Source of the DNA: Bacteroidales bacterium
GTDB taxonomy: Bacteria > Bacteroidota > Bacteroidia > Bacteroidales > UBA12077
Direction: 5' to 3'
NCBI GenBank assembly: GCA_028282585.1
Contig: JANQHR010000044.1
Location: 1 to 38,328, forward strand
DNA: 38,328 nt
A program made the translations under genes and the position numbers. The notes under the pieces were generated by a model. The model saw nothing but the letters and a program-made list of their open reading frames with translations. It had not been told where the DNA came from and did not search any database. Shown here in pieces: positions 8,277 through 16,948 of this stretch; the stretch's first letter is position 1, and the number at the start of each line of letters is the position of its first letter.

Positions 8277-10124
8277 TTATTCCTCCAATAATTTTTCAAA
8301 ATGGTTTTCTAATTCGATAGTTGTAAATGGTAACCCCTGAACTTTATTATATTGCAAGTATTCAAAACCAGGAGTCGTCATTCTCAAATAATCTGCAAAT
8401 TGTCCCATATTATTTTCACAAACAACTATCTTATCATATTTCTCGAATACTTCTCTTACATTGGTTGGTAATGGTTTAATGTAATTAAAGTGAGCAAGGC
8501 TTATGCTATGCCCATTATCCTGCATCTGTTTAACCGCTGTTGCAAGGTGTCCGTAAGTACCTCCCCAACCAACGACTAGAAGCTTAGCACTTTCTTCACC
8601 TTCAACAGTAAGCTTAGGAATTACACGATCAACGCGTTGTACTTTCTCCTCGCGTATATTAACCATTTTCTGGTGATTAACCGGATCGTGAGAAACAGAG
8701 CCTTTTAATTCATCTTTTTCAAGACCTCCAATTCTATGCTCTAAACCTTTTGTTCCCGGAATAGCCCAAGTTCTAGCTAATCTTTCTGCATCACGAGCAT
8801 AAGGTTGCCAGTCTTTTACTCCTTCTTTAACTATCGGAGCTTTAATTTCCGGATACTCTGACATTTTTGGTATTCTCCAAGGTTCAGATCCATTTGCAAT
8901 AAATCCATCTGTAAGAAGAATAACCGGTGTCATATGTTCCAATGCAATTTTTGCTGCTTCAAATGCGTAGTGAAAACAATTAGACGGTGAGCTTGCCGCA
9001 ATCACTACAACAGGACTTTCTCCATTTCTTCCATACAATGCTTGCATTAAATCTGATTGCTCTGGTTTTGTTGGTAAACCTGTTGAAGGTCCACCGCGCT
9101 GAACATTTACGATTACCAAAGGAAGTTCTGTCATAACCGCCAGTCCTATAGCTTCTCCTTTTAAAGCTAAACCAGGTCCAGATGTTGTTGTTACTGCTAA
9201 ATCTCCAGCAAAACTTGCTCCAATTGATGTACAAATACCTGCAATTTCATCCTCTGCCTGGAAAGTTTTCACTCCCATATCCTTTCTTTCCGATAATTCC
9301 TGAAGAATTTCAGTTGCAGGTGTAATGGGATAAGACCCACAAAATAGTTCTAGTCCAGCTTTCTCAGCTGCAGCTATTACACCCCATGCTGTAGCAACAT
9401 TTCCACTAATATTTCTATATGTACCTTTCTCAATTTTAGCAGGGCTTACTTTATAAGAAGGAGCCATGTGCTCCATAGTCTCGGCATAATTATAACCCGC
9501 TCTAAGTACTGTTTTATTAGCATCAATAACTAATGGTTTATTTTTAAATTTCTTTTCAAAAAAATCTTCCGTATAATTTAAAGGACGATCGAAAATCCAA
9601 TATACCATTCCAAGAGCAAACATATTTTTACTTCTTAAAATACTTTTGGGATCTAAACCTTTGTCCTTTAAAGCTTCCTTAGTTAAGGAACTTATAGGAG
9701 CCATTATAATATTGAACTTGTCCAATTTATCTTCCGCTATAGGATCGTCGGTTTTAAATCCTGCTTTTTTTAATCCTCTTTCGTCTAAACTATCTTCATC
9801 GATAATTATTGTTCCACCTTCTTTTACCCATTTTGATGTTGCTCTAAGTGCTGCCGGATTCATAGCAACTAAGATATCAGCATAATCACCAGGAGTTTTT
9901 ATGGAAGTTTGTCCAAAGTGAACTTGAAAACCTGAAACTCCGCCGATCGTTCCCTGTGGAGCTCTAATTTCTGAAGGATAATCCGGAAATGTTGATAAAT
10001 CATTCCCTATAAACGCGGACGTGTCAGAAAACAACGTACCTGTAAGTTGCATACCATCACCAGAGTCTCCCGAAAATCGGACCACGACCTCTTCACGTTC
10101 AATGGTATCTGCTTTTTTACCCAT
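8277..10124 (-). CDS. korA: 2-oxoacid:ferredoxin oxidoreductase alpha subunit (gamma-alpha fusion)
   Basis: N-terminal GDSGDGMQL gamma domain, YPITP, QAEDE, TTSGPG, QRGGPSTGLPT. Confidence 0.9.
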   Translation of the reverse strand: MGKKADTIEREEVVVRFSGDSGDGMQLTGTLFSDTSAFIGNDLSTFPDYPSEIRAPQGTIGGVSGFQVHFGQTSIKTPGDYADILVAMNPAALRATSKWVKEGGTIIIDEDSLDERGLKKAGFKTDDPIAEDKLDKFNIIMAPISSLTKEALKDKGLDPKSILRSKNMFALGMVYWIFDRPLNYTEDFFEKKFKNKPLVIDANKTVLRAGYNYAETMEHMAPSYKVSPAKIEKGTYRNISGNVATAWGVIAAAEKAGLELFCGSYPITPATEILQELSERKDMGVKTFQAEDEIAGICTSIGASFAGDLAVTTTSGPGLALKGEAIGLAVMTELPLVIVNVQRGGPSTGLPTKPEQSDLMQALYGRNGESPVVVIAASSPSNCFHYAFEAAKIALEHMTPVILLTDGFIANGSEPWRIPKMSEYPEIKAPIVKEGVKDWQPYARDAERLARTWAIPGTKGLEHRIGGLEKDELKGSVSHDPVNHQKMVNIREEKVQRVDRVIPKLTVEGEESAKLLVVGWGGTYGHLATAVKQMQDNGHSISLAHFNYIKPLPTNVREVFEKYDKIVVCENNMGQFADYLRMTTPGFEYLQYNKVQGLPFTTIELENHFEKLLEE

Positions 10125-10273
10125 AGTATTTTTTAATTTTGTAGATTAAATTAACAGATGTTTAAAATTATAAATGCACATGGCATAGGTATCCCTATTT
10201 CATATGCATTCTTATACTTTTATTCTTTATTCTGTAATGTTTCTATAACAAAACAATTGAATTATTTCCTTGA

Positions 10274-10281
10274 CAAAATTA
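10274..10281 (-). promoter_or_regulatory. -7 box for korAB
   Basis: Minus strand TAATTTTG (TAnnTTTG) about 150 nt upstream of korA. Confidence 0.5.
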
Positions 10282-10415
10282 AGCAATGTTAATTAATTAT
10301 TAATTAAAAAAAGCATTAATTTTTACTAGAATTTATATGATTTTTCTCACTTTTTTAGTTCTTTCGATCATGCAATTTTGTAATTTGCAATAAACACAAA
10401 TTCAGACAATTAATT

Positions 10416-10928
10416 ATGGCATTAATAAAATCAGTTAGAGGATTTACACCCCAGTTTGGTAAAGATTGTTATCTAGCGGAAAACTCAACTATTGCGGGCG
10501 ATGTTATTATTGGAGATAACTGTAGCTTTTGGTTTAATTCAGTAGTTAGAGGAGATGTTAATTCAATTCGAATTGGCAATAAGGTTAATTTACAAGATGG
10601 TTCAATTATTCATTGTACATATGAAAAAACAAAAACAATTATTGGAAATAATGTGTCCATTGGTCATAATGTTATTGTTCATGGAGCTAAAATCCATGAT
10701 AATGTTTTAATAGGAATGGGTTCGATTATAATGGATAATACAATAATAAAAGAAAACTCTATTATTGCGGCCGGTGCAATAGTTTTAGAAGATACAATTG
10801 TAGAATCGGGAACTATATATGGCGGCATACCTGCTAAAAAAATCAAAGAAATTGAAAAGAAACACACGCAAGAAATGATAGAGCGAATAGCAAATAATTA
10901 TATACTTTATTCAGACTGGTATAAATAA
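10416..10928 (+). CDS. Gamma-class carbonic anhydrase-like / hexapeptide-repeat protein (YrdA family)
   Basis: Left-handed beta-helix repeats; VRGDV, NLQDG, and three His ligands (IIHCT, IGHNVIVHG). Confidence 0.88.
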   Translation: MALIKSVRGFTPQFGKDCYLAENSTIAGDVIIGDNCSFWFNSVVRGDVNSIRIGNKVNLQDGSIIHCTYEKTKTIIGNNVSIGHNVIVHGAKIHDNVLIGMGSIIMDNTIIKENSIIAAGAIVLEDTIVESGTIYGGIPAKKIKEIEKKHTQEMIERIANNYILYSDWYK

Positions 10929-11717
10929 TTATAATTCAATTATTGTAGTTTTTTTGGTAGTAATTTCTTTCAATAGTTGCTTTAGTATTTTCGTTTTTCC
11001 TGAAGAATAGAACTCATATGAAGGACTTAAATTTTGCATATTTAATAAACCGAATTGTTCTAAAACTCGTCTCGTTTGTTTAATAACTGCAGGTGCCGGA
11101 TCTACTATTTCAACTTTATCGGGTAAAACTTTTTTGAGCTTTTCGGTTAAAAAAGGATAATGAGTACAACCAAGGACTAAATGATCTATATTTTTTTCAA
11201 TCAAAGATTTTACCAATTGAGATAAATGATTTTCTGTCTCCAAATCATCAACCAATCCTTTTTCTACTATATCAACAAGTCCATTACCGACCTTTACATT
11301 TAATTCAACATCCTTTGCATATTTTTGACTTGTTTCTATATATAGTTTACCATTAAAAGTTCCTTCAGTTGCAAGTACTGCAATACTTTTTGTTTTTGAA
11401 TTTAGGGCAGCAGGCTTTACTGCTGGCTCCATTCCTATAAATGGCGCAGAGTAATTCGATCTTAGATATTCAATTGCCGAAGCAGTTGCTGTATTACATG
11501 CTACTATTACTATTTTGCAGTTTTTTGAAAGCAAGAAATCAACCACTCTTGAGGATAATTCTATAATTTCTTTTTTTTTCTTTGGTCCATAAGGACAATT
11601 ATTGTTATCTGCATAATAAATGATAGATTCATTAGGTAATGAATTTACTAATTCTTTCCAAACTGTTAATCCTCCGACACCAGAGTCAAAAATTCCTATT
11701 GGTTGAGTATTATGCAT
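10929..11717 (-). CDS. murI: Glutamate racemase
   Basis: IGIFDSGVGGL, PYG, ACNTA and LGCTHYP catalytic motifs. Confidence 0.96.
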   Translation of the reverse strand: MHNTQPIGIFDSGVGGLTVWKELVNSLPNESIIYYADNNNCPYGPKKKKEIIELSSRVVDFLLSKNCKIVIVACNTATASAIEYLRSNYSAPFIGMEPAVKPAALNSKTKSIAVLATEGTFNGKLYIETSQKYAKDVELNVKVGNGLVDIVEKGLVDDLETENHLSQLVKSLIEKNIDHLVLGCTHYPFLTEKLKKVLPDKVEIVDPAPAVIKQTRRVLEQFGLLNMQNLSPSYEFYSSGKTKILKQLLKEITTKKTTIIEL

Positions 11718-11751
11718 AAAAAAAGACCATCTTTATTAATTAAAGATGGTC
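11718..11751 (-). terminator. Intrinsic terminator after skp, directly abutting the murI ATG
   Basis: Minus strand GACCATCTTTA-attaa-TAAAGATGGTC (perfect 11-bp stem) + T7, then ATG. Confidence 0.7.
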
Positions 11752-11758
11752 AAAAATA
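11751..11758 (-). promoter_or_regulatory. -7 box for murI overlapping the terminator base
   Basis: Minus strand TATTTTTG (TAnnTTTG); its final G is the first base of the stem. Confidence 0.5.
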
Positions 11759-11773
11759 TTTAAATAATTTTAA

Positions 11774-12286
11774 TTATTCTATTCCTAGTTCTGTTTTTAC
11801 CAAAGGTAAAATATCAATACTTTCGTCAGAAAAATAAACTAAACCACCAGCACTTAAATCAAAAACGTATGTAAACCCGTTTGCTTTAGATACTTTTTCA
11901 ATTGCCTCTTGTGCTTTATCCATAACCGGTTGAAATAATTCAGCTTCTTTTTGTTGGTAATCCTGTTGTGCTGTCATTTGAAATTCCTGCATTCTACCTT
12001 GCATTTCCTGGATTTCTTTTAATTTAGACTCACGTACTAAATCAGAATAGGTCTGTTCTTTTTCTTGATAAGCGGCTACCTTATTTTGATATTCCATTTG
12101 TAATGCTTCAATTTCCTGCTGCAACATTTGGCTATAATTTTGTAATTCTAACATAGCGCTATCTCTATCCGGCATCACAGAAAGCAGTTCGCTCGAATTA
12201 ATATGACCAAACTTATAATTTTGAGCAAAAGTACTTGATACTGAAACCATAACAGCAATCAATAATAATCCTAATGTTCTTTTCAT
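11774..12286 (-). CDS. skp: OmpH/Skp periplasmic chaperone
   Basis: Signal peptide, KFGHINS, coiled-coil body, GFTYVFD...DI..LV; located downstream of bamA. Confidence 0.9.
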   Translation of the reverse strand: MKRTLGLLLIAVMVSVSSTFAQNYKFGHINSSELLSVMPDRDSAMLELQNYSQMLQQEIEALQMEYQNKVAAYQEKEQTYSDLVRESKLKEIQEMQGRMQEFQMTAQQDYQQKEAELFQPVMDKAQEAIEKVSKANGFTYVFDLSAGGLVYFSDESIDILPLVKTELGIE

Positions 12287-12309
12287 ATGTTCTTTTTTTA
12301 ATTTATATG

Positions 12310-12317
12310 CAAATTTA
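12310..12317 (-). promoter_or_regulatory. Internal -7 box upstream of the distal skp
   Basis: Minus strand TAAATTTG in the 36-nt spacer between the two skp genes. Confidence 0.5.
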
Positions 12318-12322
12318 TAAAA

Positions 12323-12835
12323 TTAATTCTTATAGCCTAACTTTTCTAATACTTCATCACTTTTATCAAATTTAGGGTCTGTAAATAAAATAGTAGCCCC
12401 TGCTGCTGTGTCAAAAATGATGGCAAAATTACCTGATTCTGCAATATCTTTTATAACAGCGTAAACTTCATCTTGAATAGGTTTAATTAATTCTTGTCGT
12501 TTTTTAAACAACTCTCCTTCAGGTCCAAAAAATCTTCTCTGAAGATCTTTAACTGCTCTATCTTTTGCTGCAATCTCATCTTCGCGCTGTTTAATCATCT
12601 CCTTTGTTAAAAGTATCTTTTCTGATTGAAACTCCTTCCACATTTGACTTACAATTTCATATTCTGTCTCAATTTCTTTCTGCCAATCAACTGATAATTG
12701 ATTTAATTTATCTTGAGCCGCTTTGTATGCAGGTATATTAGTTAAAATATACTCCGTATCAACATATGCATATCTCTGCGCGAAATTTGCCGTAGCAATA
12801 CAGACAAACATTAAGCCAAAAAGAATCTTTTTCAT
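12323..12835 (-). CDS. skp: OmpH/Skp family chaperone (Omp17-like)
   Basis: AYVDTEYIL..IPAY, FGPEGELF..RQELIKPIQD, and D.SDEVL, typical of the first Bacteroidota Skp after bamA. Confidence 0.9.
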   Translation of the reverse strand: MKKILFGLMFVCIATANFAQRYAYVDTEYILTNIPAYKAAQDKLNQLSVDWQKEIETEYEIVSQMWKEFQSEKILLTKEMIKQREDEIAAKDRAVKDLQRRFFGPEGELFKKRQELIKPIQDEVYAVIKDIAESGNFAIIFDTAAGATILFTDPKFDKSDEVLEKLGYKN

Positions 12836-12846
12836 ATTATGATGTT

Positions 12847-15501
12847 TTAAAATTGCTGTCCAATTACAAAATGGAACTGGCCTCCGTTTGCATCTGGAAA
12901 TCCAGGGATTTCATCAAATCCATAACCCCAGTCAACACCTAATAAACCAAACATTGGTAAGAATGCTCTTAAGCCAAAACCTGCAGATCTCTTGACATTA
13001 AATGGGTTGAATTTATCAATATCTGACCAGGCATTACCTCCTTCAACGAATCCAAGCACATATATAGTCGCTTGTGGTTTTAAAGAGATCGGATAACGTA
13101 ATTCAAAATTAATTTTTTCATATACATTACCTTCTTTAACATTATTTACTCTTGGGGTTAATGAACCATTTTCGTAACCTCTTAATGCTATATTTTCAAC
13201 CCCGTACAAACTATATCCGGACATACCGTCACCTCCAAGATCAAATTTTCCGAATGGTGAATAACCAAGATCTTTATTATAATATCCTAAATAGCCAAAC
13301 TCTGTATTAACTGCTAAAACTAAATCCTTCCAGATCCTTAAATACCAAGCGCCTTTATACCTCCATTTATGATATTCAATCCAGTTATATTTTCTACGTA
13401 ATGACTCATCGCTTACAGCCATATCCTGAGCACCTTCGACAAAAGCTGTACGCCTATCAATATCTAAATAATCAATACTTCCTAATAAATTTAACCATTG
13501 ATTATCAGTGTATGCATTATATTCGTCCTGTACATCATTTTTGATGTTAGCTTGTTCTGGTTGAGACAATTCCCAAAACTTACTCTCCCTAAACAATGAA
13601 TAAGGCGGAGTTATTTGCAATGAAAGCATAAAGGAAGAACCCATTCTTGGGTAGATAATCTGGTCGGTAGAATTCCTTGCAAATGTCGTAGAAATACTAA
13701 AATTATTTGAGGTACCATTTTGGAATATAAAATAATTCCAATCATTAAGATCATATCTCTGGTAATTTACAGAATTTGATATAGTGAAATAATCATCTGG
13801 CCATTTCAGTCTTTGTCCCAATCCTATAGATCCACCAAATATTTTCATATATTCACTACCAAAATCTCCTGTAAAATAAAATGAATTACCTCTTCTTTGA
13901 ACATTATAATATGCCGAAACTGACAGCGAATTAGGTCTTTTGCCACCAAACCAAGGTTCTATAAAACTAATGCTATAAGCAGAATAATATTTCCCATTTG
14001 TTTGAGCTCTCAAACTAAGTGTTTGACCATCCCCAGAAGGAATAGGCTTCCAAGCATCTTTTTTAAACATACTTCGAGCAGAGAAATTGCTAAATCTTAA
14101 ACCTATTGTACCAACGAACATATTTGCTCCCCATCCACCAGAAACCTCCAATTGATCTGTTGATTTTTCAACTAATGTATATTCTAAATCCACTAAGCCT
14201 TCCGCTTGATTAATATTAGTAGGCTCTATACCAAACTGTTCCGGATCGAAATATCCTAATTGTGCAAGTTCTCTTTGAGATCGCATAATTTGGGCTTTAC
14301 TAAATAATTCTCCGGGTTTTGTTCTAAGCTCTCTTCTGACTATATGTTCGTTTGTTTTGGTATTTCCATGTATTATTACTTTATTCAACCTAACTCTTTT
14401 TCCTTCTGAAATTCTCATTTGAATATCAATAGAATCATTATCAATTTCCAAAATAGTTGGTGATACGTTAAAAAATAAGTGCCCGTTATCCAGATATAAA
14501 TTACTTACCGCATCTTCATCAATACTTAATCTGTTATCTAATAATTCTGTATCAAACGGATCTCCTTTTTTAATTTTTAACATTTGACTTAATCCTTCAC
14601 TGGTATATTTAGTATTACCTACCCAATCTATATCTCTAAAAAAATATTGCTTACCTTCATGAACTGTAATATCGATGGAAACTCTTTTTGAATTAACCTT
14701 ATATACAGAATCGATTACAATTTCTGCATCACGATAACCCTCTGAGTTATAGCCCTTTATTACCAGGGCTTTATCTTCCTTAAATTGTTCATCAATAAAT
14801 TTTGAAGGTTTAAAAAAGTTGAGATCAACTTGCTTGGTTTCTTTCATTTTTCTTCTCAACTTAGAGTCTTTGAATACGGTATTACCATAAAAGTTGATAT
14901 CCTTTATCTTTACTTTATTTCCTTTATTAATATAAATATCAAGTTTTACATTATTAAGTTTTTGAACTGTATCATCAGATTGAACAATATCTACTTTTGC
15001 ATTTAGGAATTTTTTATCAAATAGATACTCTAATATTATTCTTTCCGTATTATTAATCAGGTTTTCCGTTACCTGCATTCCCCTTTTTAATTCAAGTTTT
15101 TCTCTTAAATCGTTCTTTTTTCCTTTTTTTAATCCATGAATGTTTAATTCTGATAATCGATGGCGTTCCTGAAGAAAAATTTCTAAACTTACACTATCCC
15201 GATTAAAATCGGTAGTATATATCTTAACGTCAGAAAACAAACCTTGACCCCATAATCTGTTAATTGCGTTAGTTATATCATCTCCTGGTATTAAAATTTC
15301 ACTTCCTACCACAAGCCCTGATAAGTTAACCAGGATATTTTCATCAAGATATTTAATGCCTATTACATCAATATTTTTAATAATGTATTCTGTAGGTTTT
15401 TTATAATCTGACACAGGCATTGATTTGTAATCAATTTCCTGTGAGAAAACTGAGATAGCTAAAAATGTAATAATTACACTTAATAAGAATCTTCTTATCA
15501 T
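12847..15501 (-). CDS. bamA: Outer membrane protein assembly factor BamA
   Basis: Multiple POTRA repeats (GNTxF, GNTKT), lid-lock LRGY motif, C-terminal GQQF; conserved uppS-bamA-skp order. Confidence 0.95.
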   Translation of the reverse strand: MIRRFLLSVIITFLAISVFSQEIDYKSMPVSDYKKPTEYIIKNIDVIGIKYLDENILVNLSGLVVGSEILIPGDDITNAINRLWGQGLFSDVKIYTTDFNRDSVSLEIFLQERHRLSELNIHGLKKGKKNDLREKLELKRGMQVTENLINNTERIILEYLFDKKFLNAKVDIVQSDDTVQKLNNVKLDIYINKGNKVKIKDINFYGNTVFKDSKLRRKMKETKQVDLNFFKPSKFIDEQFKEDKALVIKGYNSEGYRDAEIVIDSVYKVNSKRVSIDITVHEGKQYFFRDIDWVGNTKYTSEGLSQMLKIKKGDPFDTELLDNRLSIDEDAVSNLYLDNGHLFFNVSPTILEIDNDSIDIQMRISEGKRVRLNKVIIHGNTKTNEHIVRRELRTKPGELFSKAQIMRSQRELAQLGYFDPEQFGIEPTNINQAEGLVDLEYTLVEKSTDQLEVSGGWGANMFVGTIGLRFSNFSARSMFKKDAWKPIPSGDGQTLSLRAQTNGKYYSAYSISFIEPWFGGKRPNSLSVSAYYNVQRRGNSFYFTGDFGSEYMKIFGGSIGLGQRLKWPDDYFTISNSVNYQRYDLNDWNYFIFQNGTSNNFSISTTFARNSTDQIIYPRMGSSFMLSLQITPPYSLFRESKFWELSQPEQANIKNDVQDEYNAYTDNQWLNLLGSIDYLDIDRRTAFVEGAQDMAVSDESLRRKYNWIEYHKWRYKGAWYLRIWKDLVLAVNTEFGYLGYYNKDLGYSPFGKFDLGGDGMSGYSLYGVENIALRGYENGSLTPRVNNVKEGNVYEKINFELRYPISLKPQATIYVLGFVEGGNAWSDIDKFNPFNVKRSAGFGLRAFLPMFGLLGVDWGYGFDEIPGFPDANGGQFHFVIGQQF

Positions 15502-15526
15502 TCTTCTAAAATCTATTTAAAATTTA

Positions 15527-16267
15527 CTAATTAACTTGTTCACTTGTTTTTCCGAAACGTCGTTCTCTTTGCTGATAGTTAATAATTGCTTCGTAAAGAT
15601 CGTTTCTTCTAAAATCGGGCCACAATACTTCTGTAAAATATAATTCAGTATACGCAATTTGCCAAACTAAAAAATTACTAATCCTATATTCCCCACTGGT
15701 TCTTACAAGCAAATCCGGATCTGGTATATCTTTTGTATGTAAATATCTTTCAAAAAACTCATTTGTTATTTTATTTATCTCTATAGGGTTATCCTGAAAA
15801 TCTGTAATAATATCCTTTACAGCATTTACTATTTCCCATCTAGAACTATAATTAAGCGCTAAAATAAGGGATAGACCAGTATTATTTGATGTCTTACTAA
15901 TTAGCTCCTTAAGGTTTTTACCTACACCTGATGGCAACCCATCGATATCACCAATAGTCAATAAACGTACGTTGTTTTTAATTAGTGTGTCGGTTTCAGA
16001 ATTAATTGTAGAAATTAATAAAGACATTAGTGCCTCTACTTCTTTTTTTGGTCTATTCCAGTTTTCGGTAGAAAAGGCATATAAAGTGAGATACTTAATA
16101 CCTAACTCTGCCGCCCCTTCAACGGTATCGCGGACAGCTTTTACACCATTCTTATGTCCAAAAATTCGCTGATTACCTTTCTTCTGCGCCCATCTGCCAT
16201 TTCCATCCATAATTACCGCCACATGTATCGGCAATGAGTTCTTATCAATCTTTTCCTTTAAATCCAT
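15527..16267 (-). CDS. uppS: Undecaprenyl diphosphate synthase (isoprenyl transferase)
   Basis: HVAVIMDGNGRWA, YAFSTENWNRP, RTSGEYRISNFL, RERRFG. Confidence 0.96.
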   Translation of the reverse strand: MDLKEKIDKNSLPIHVAVIMDGNGRWAQKKGNQRIFGHKNGVKAVRDTVEGAAELGIKYLTLYAFSTENWNRPKKEVEALMSLLISTINSETDTLIKNNVRLLTIGDIDGLPSGVGKNLKELISKTSNNTGLSLILALNYSSRWEIVNAVKDIITDFQDNPIEINKITNEFFERYLHTKDIPDPDLLVRTSGEYRISNFLVWQIAYTELYFTEVLWPDFRRNDLYEAIINYQQRERRFGKTSEQVN

Positions 16268-16270
16268 TTC

Positions 16271-16942
16271 CTATTCATTATAAGTAGGACAATCAATCTT
16301 ATCTTTAAACAATTTATATGTTATAAATATTTCTCCAAACGAATACCAATCATCATTATGAATAATTGGTGAATTCTGATCGTCCTGAAAGTTTATAACG
16401 CCATCAATCTGATCATTAAATGTTTTTCGATAGCTCCACTCTAATCCTAGAGTAAAGCGCTCAAAGATATTATATTTAATTCCTAATCCAAAAGGAATTG
16501 TGATTGGATTTTCAAATCCTCCTGCAGAAAAAATATAATTACCTCCAATCCCAATAAATATAAAAGGTGCGAACCTATGCCTATTCTTTTTTATATACCC
16601 AGAGCTTGTATAAGCAAGAAAGTTAAACTCAAATAATATTGCTAAATCTATTAATGAAGTTGAAAATGAAGCTCCTCTTAATTGGTTCTCAATATTACTA
16701 AAATCGGCATCATTCCCTTTTAACTTTGCATATTTTCCATTTAAACTTGCGCTTAAGTAATTGCTAAAATTATATTTCAGTATTAAACCATAAGCTGTTG
16801 AAGGCGAATAAAATAATTTTGAGTGATTTATATCACCATGATAATAAGAACTTCCAAAACTTATTCCAAGTTCTGTTTTGCCCTGACCATATATGAAGTT
16901 TGCTAAAAAAAATATTAGAAACAGTAATAAATTTCTTTTCAT
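16271..16942 (-). CDS. porG: PorG-like small outer-membrane beta-barrel (DUF6089)
   Basis: SYYxGDIN, IPFGLGIKY, F.D.IDG, NDDWY, C-terminal DCPxY; sits immediately upstream of uppS as porG does in other Bacteroidota. Confidence 0.65.
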   Translation of the reverse strand: MKRNLLLFLIFFLANFIYGQGKTELGISFGSSYYHGDINHSKLFYSPSTAYGLILKYNFSNYLSASLNGKYAKLKGNDADFSNIENQLRGASFSTSLIDLAILFEFNFLAYTSSGYIKKNRHRFAPFIFIGIGGNYIFSAGGFENPITIPFGLGIKYNIFERFTLGLEWSYRKTFNDQIDGVINFQDDQNSPIIHNDDWYSFGEIFITYKLFKDKIDCPTYNE

Positions 16943-16948
16943 GTTATA

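Noticed and set aside
10289-10307. TTAATTAAT-T-ATTAATTAA palindrome
   Set aside because: A/T-only low-complexity sequence, expected by chance in this composition.
11774-12835. Duplicate skp genes
   Set aside because: Two Skp paralogs after bamA is the normal Bacteroidota arrangement.
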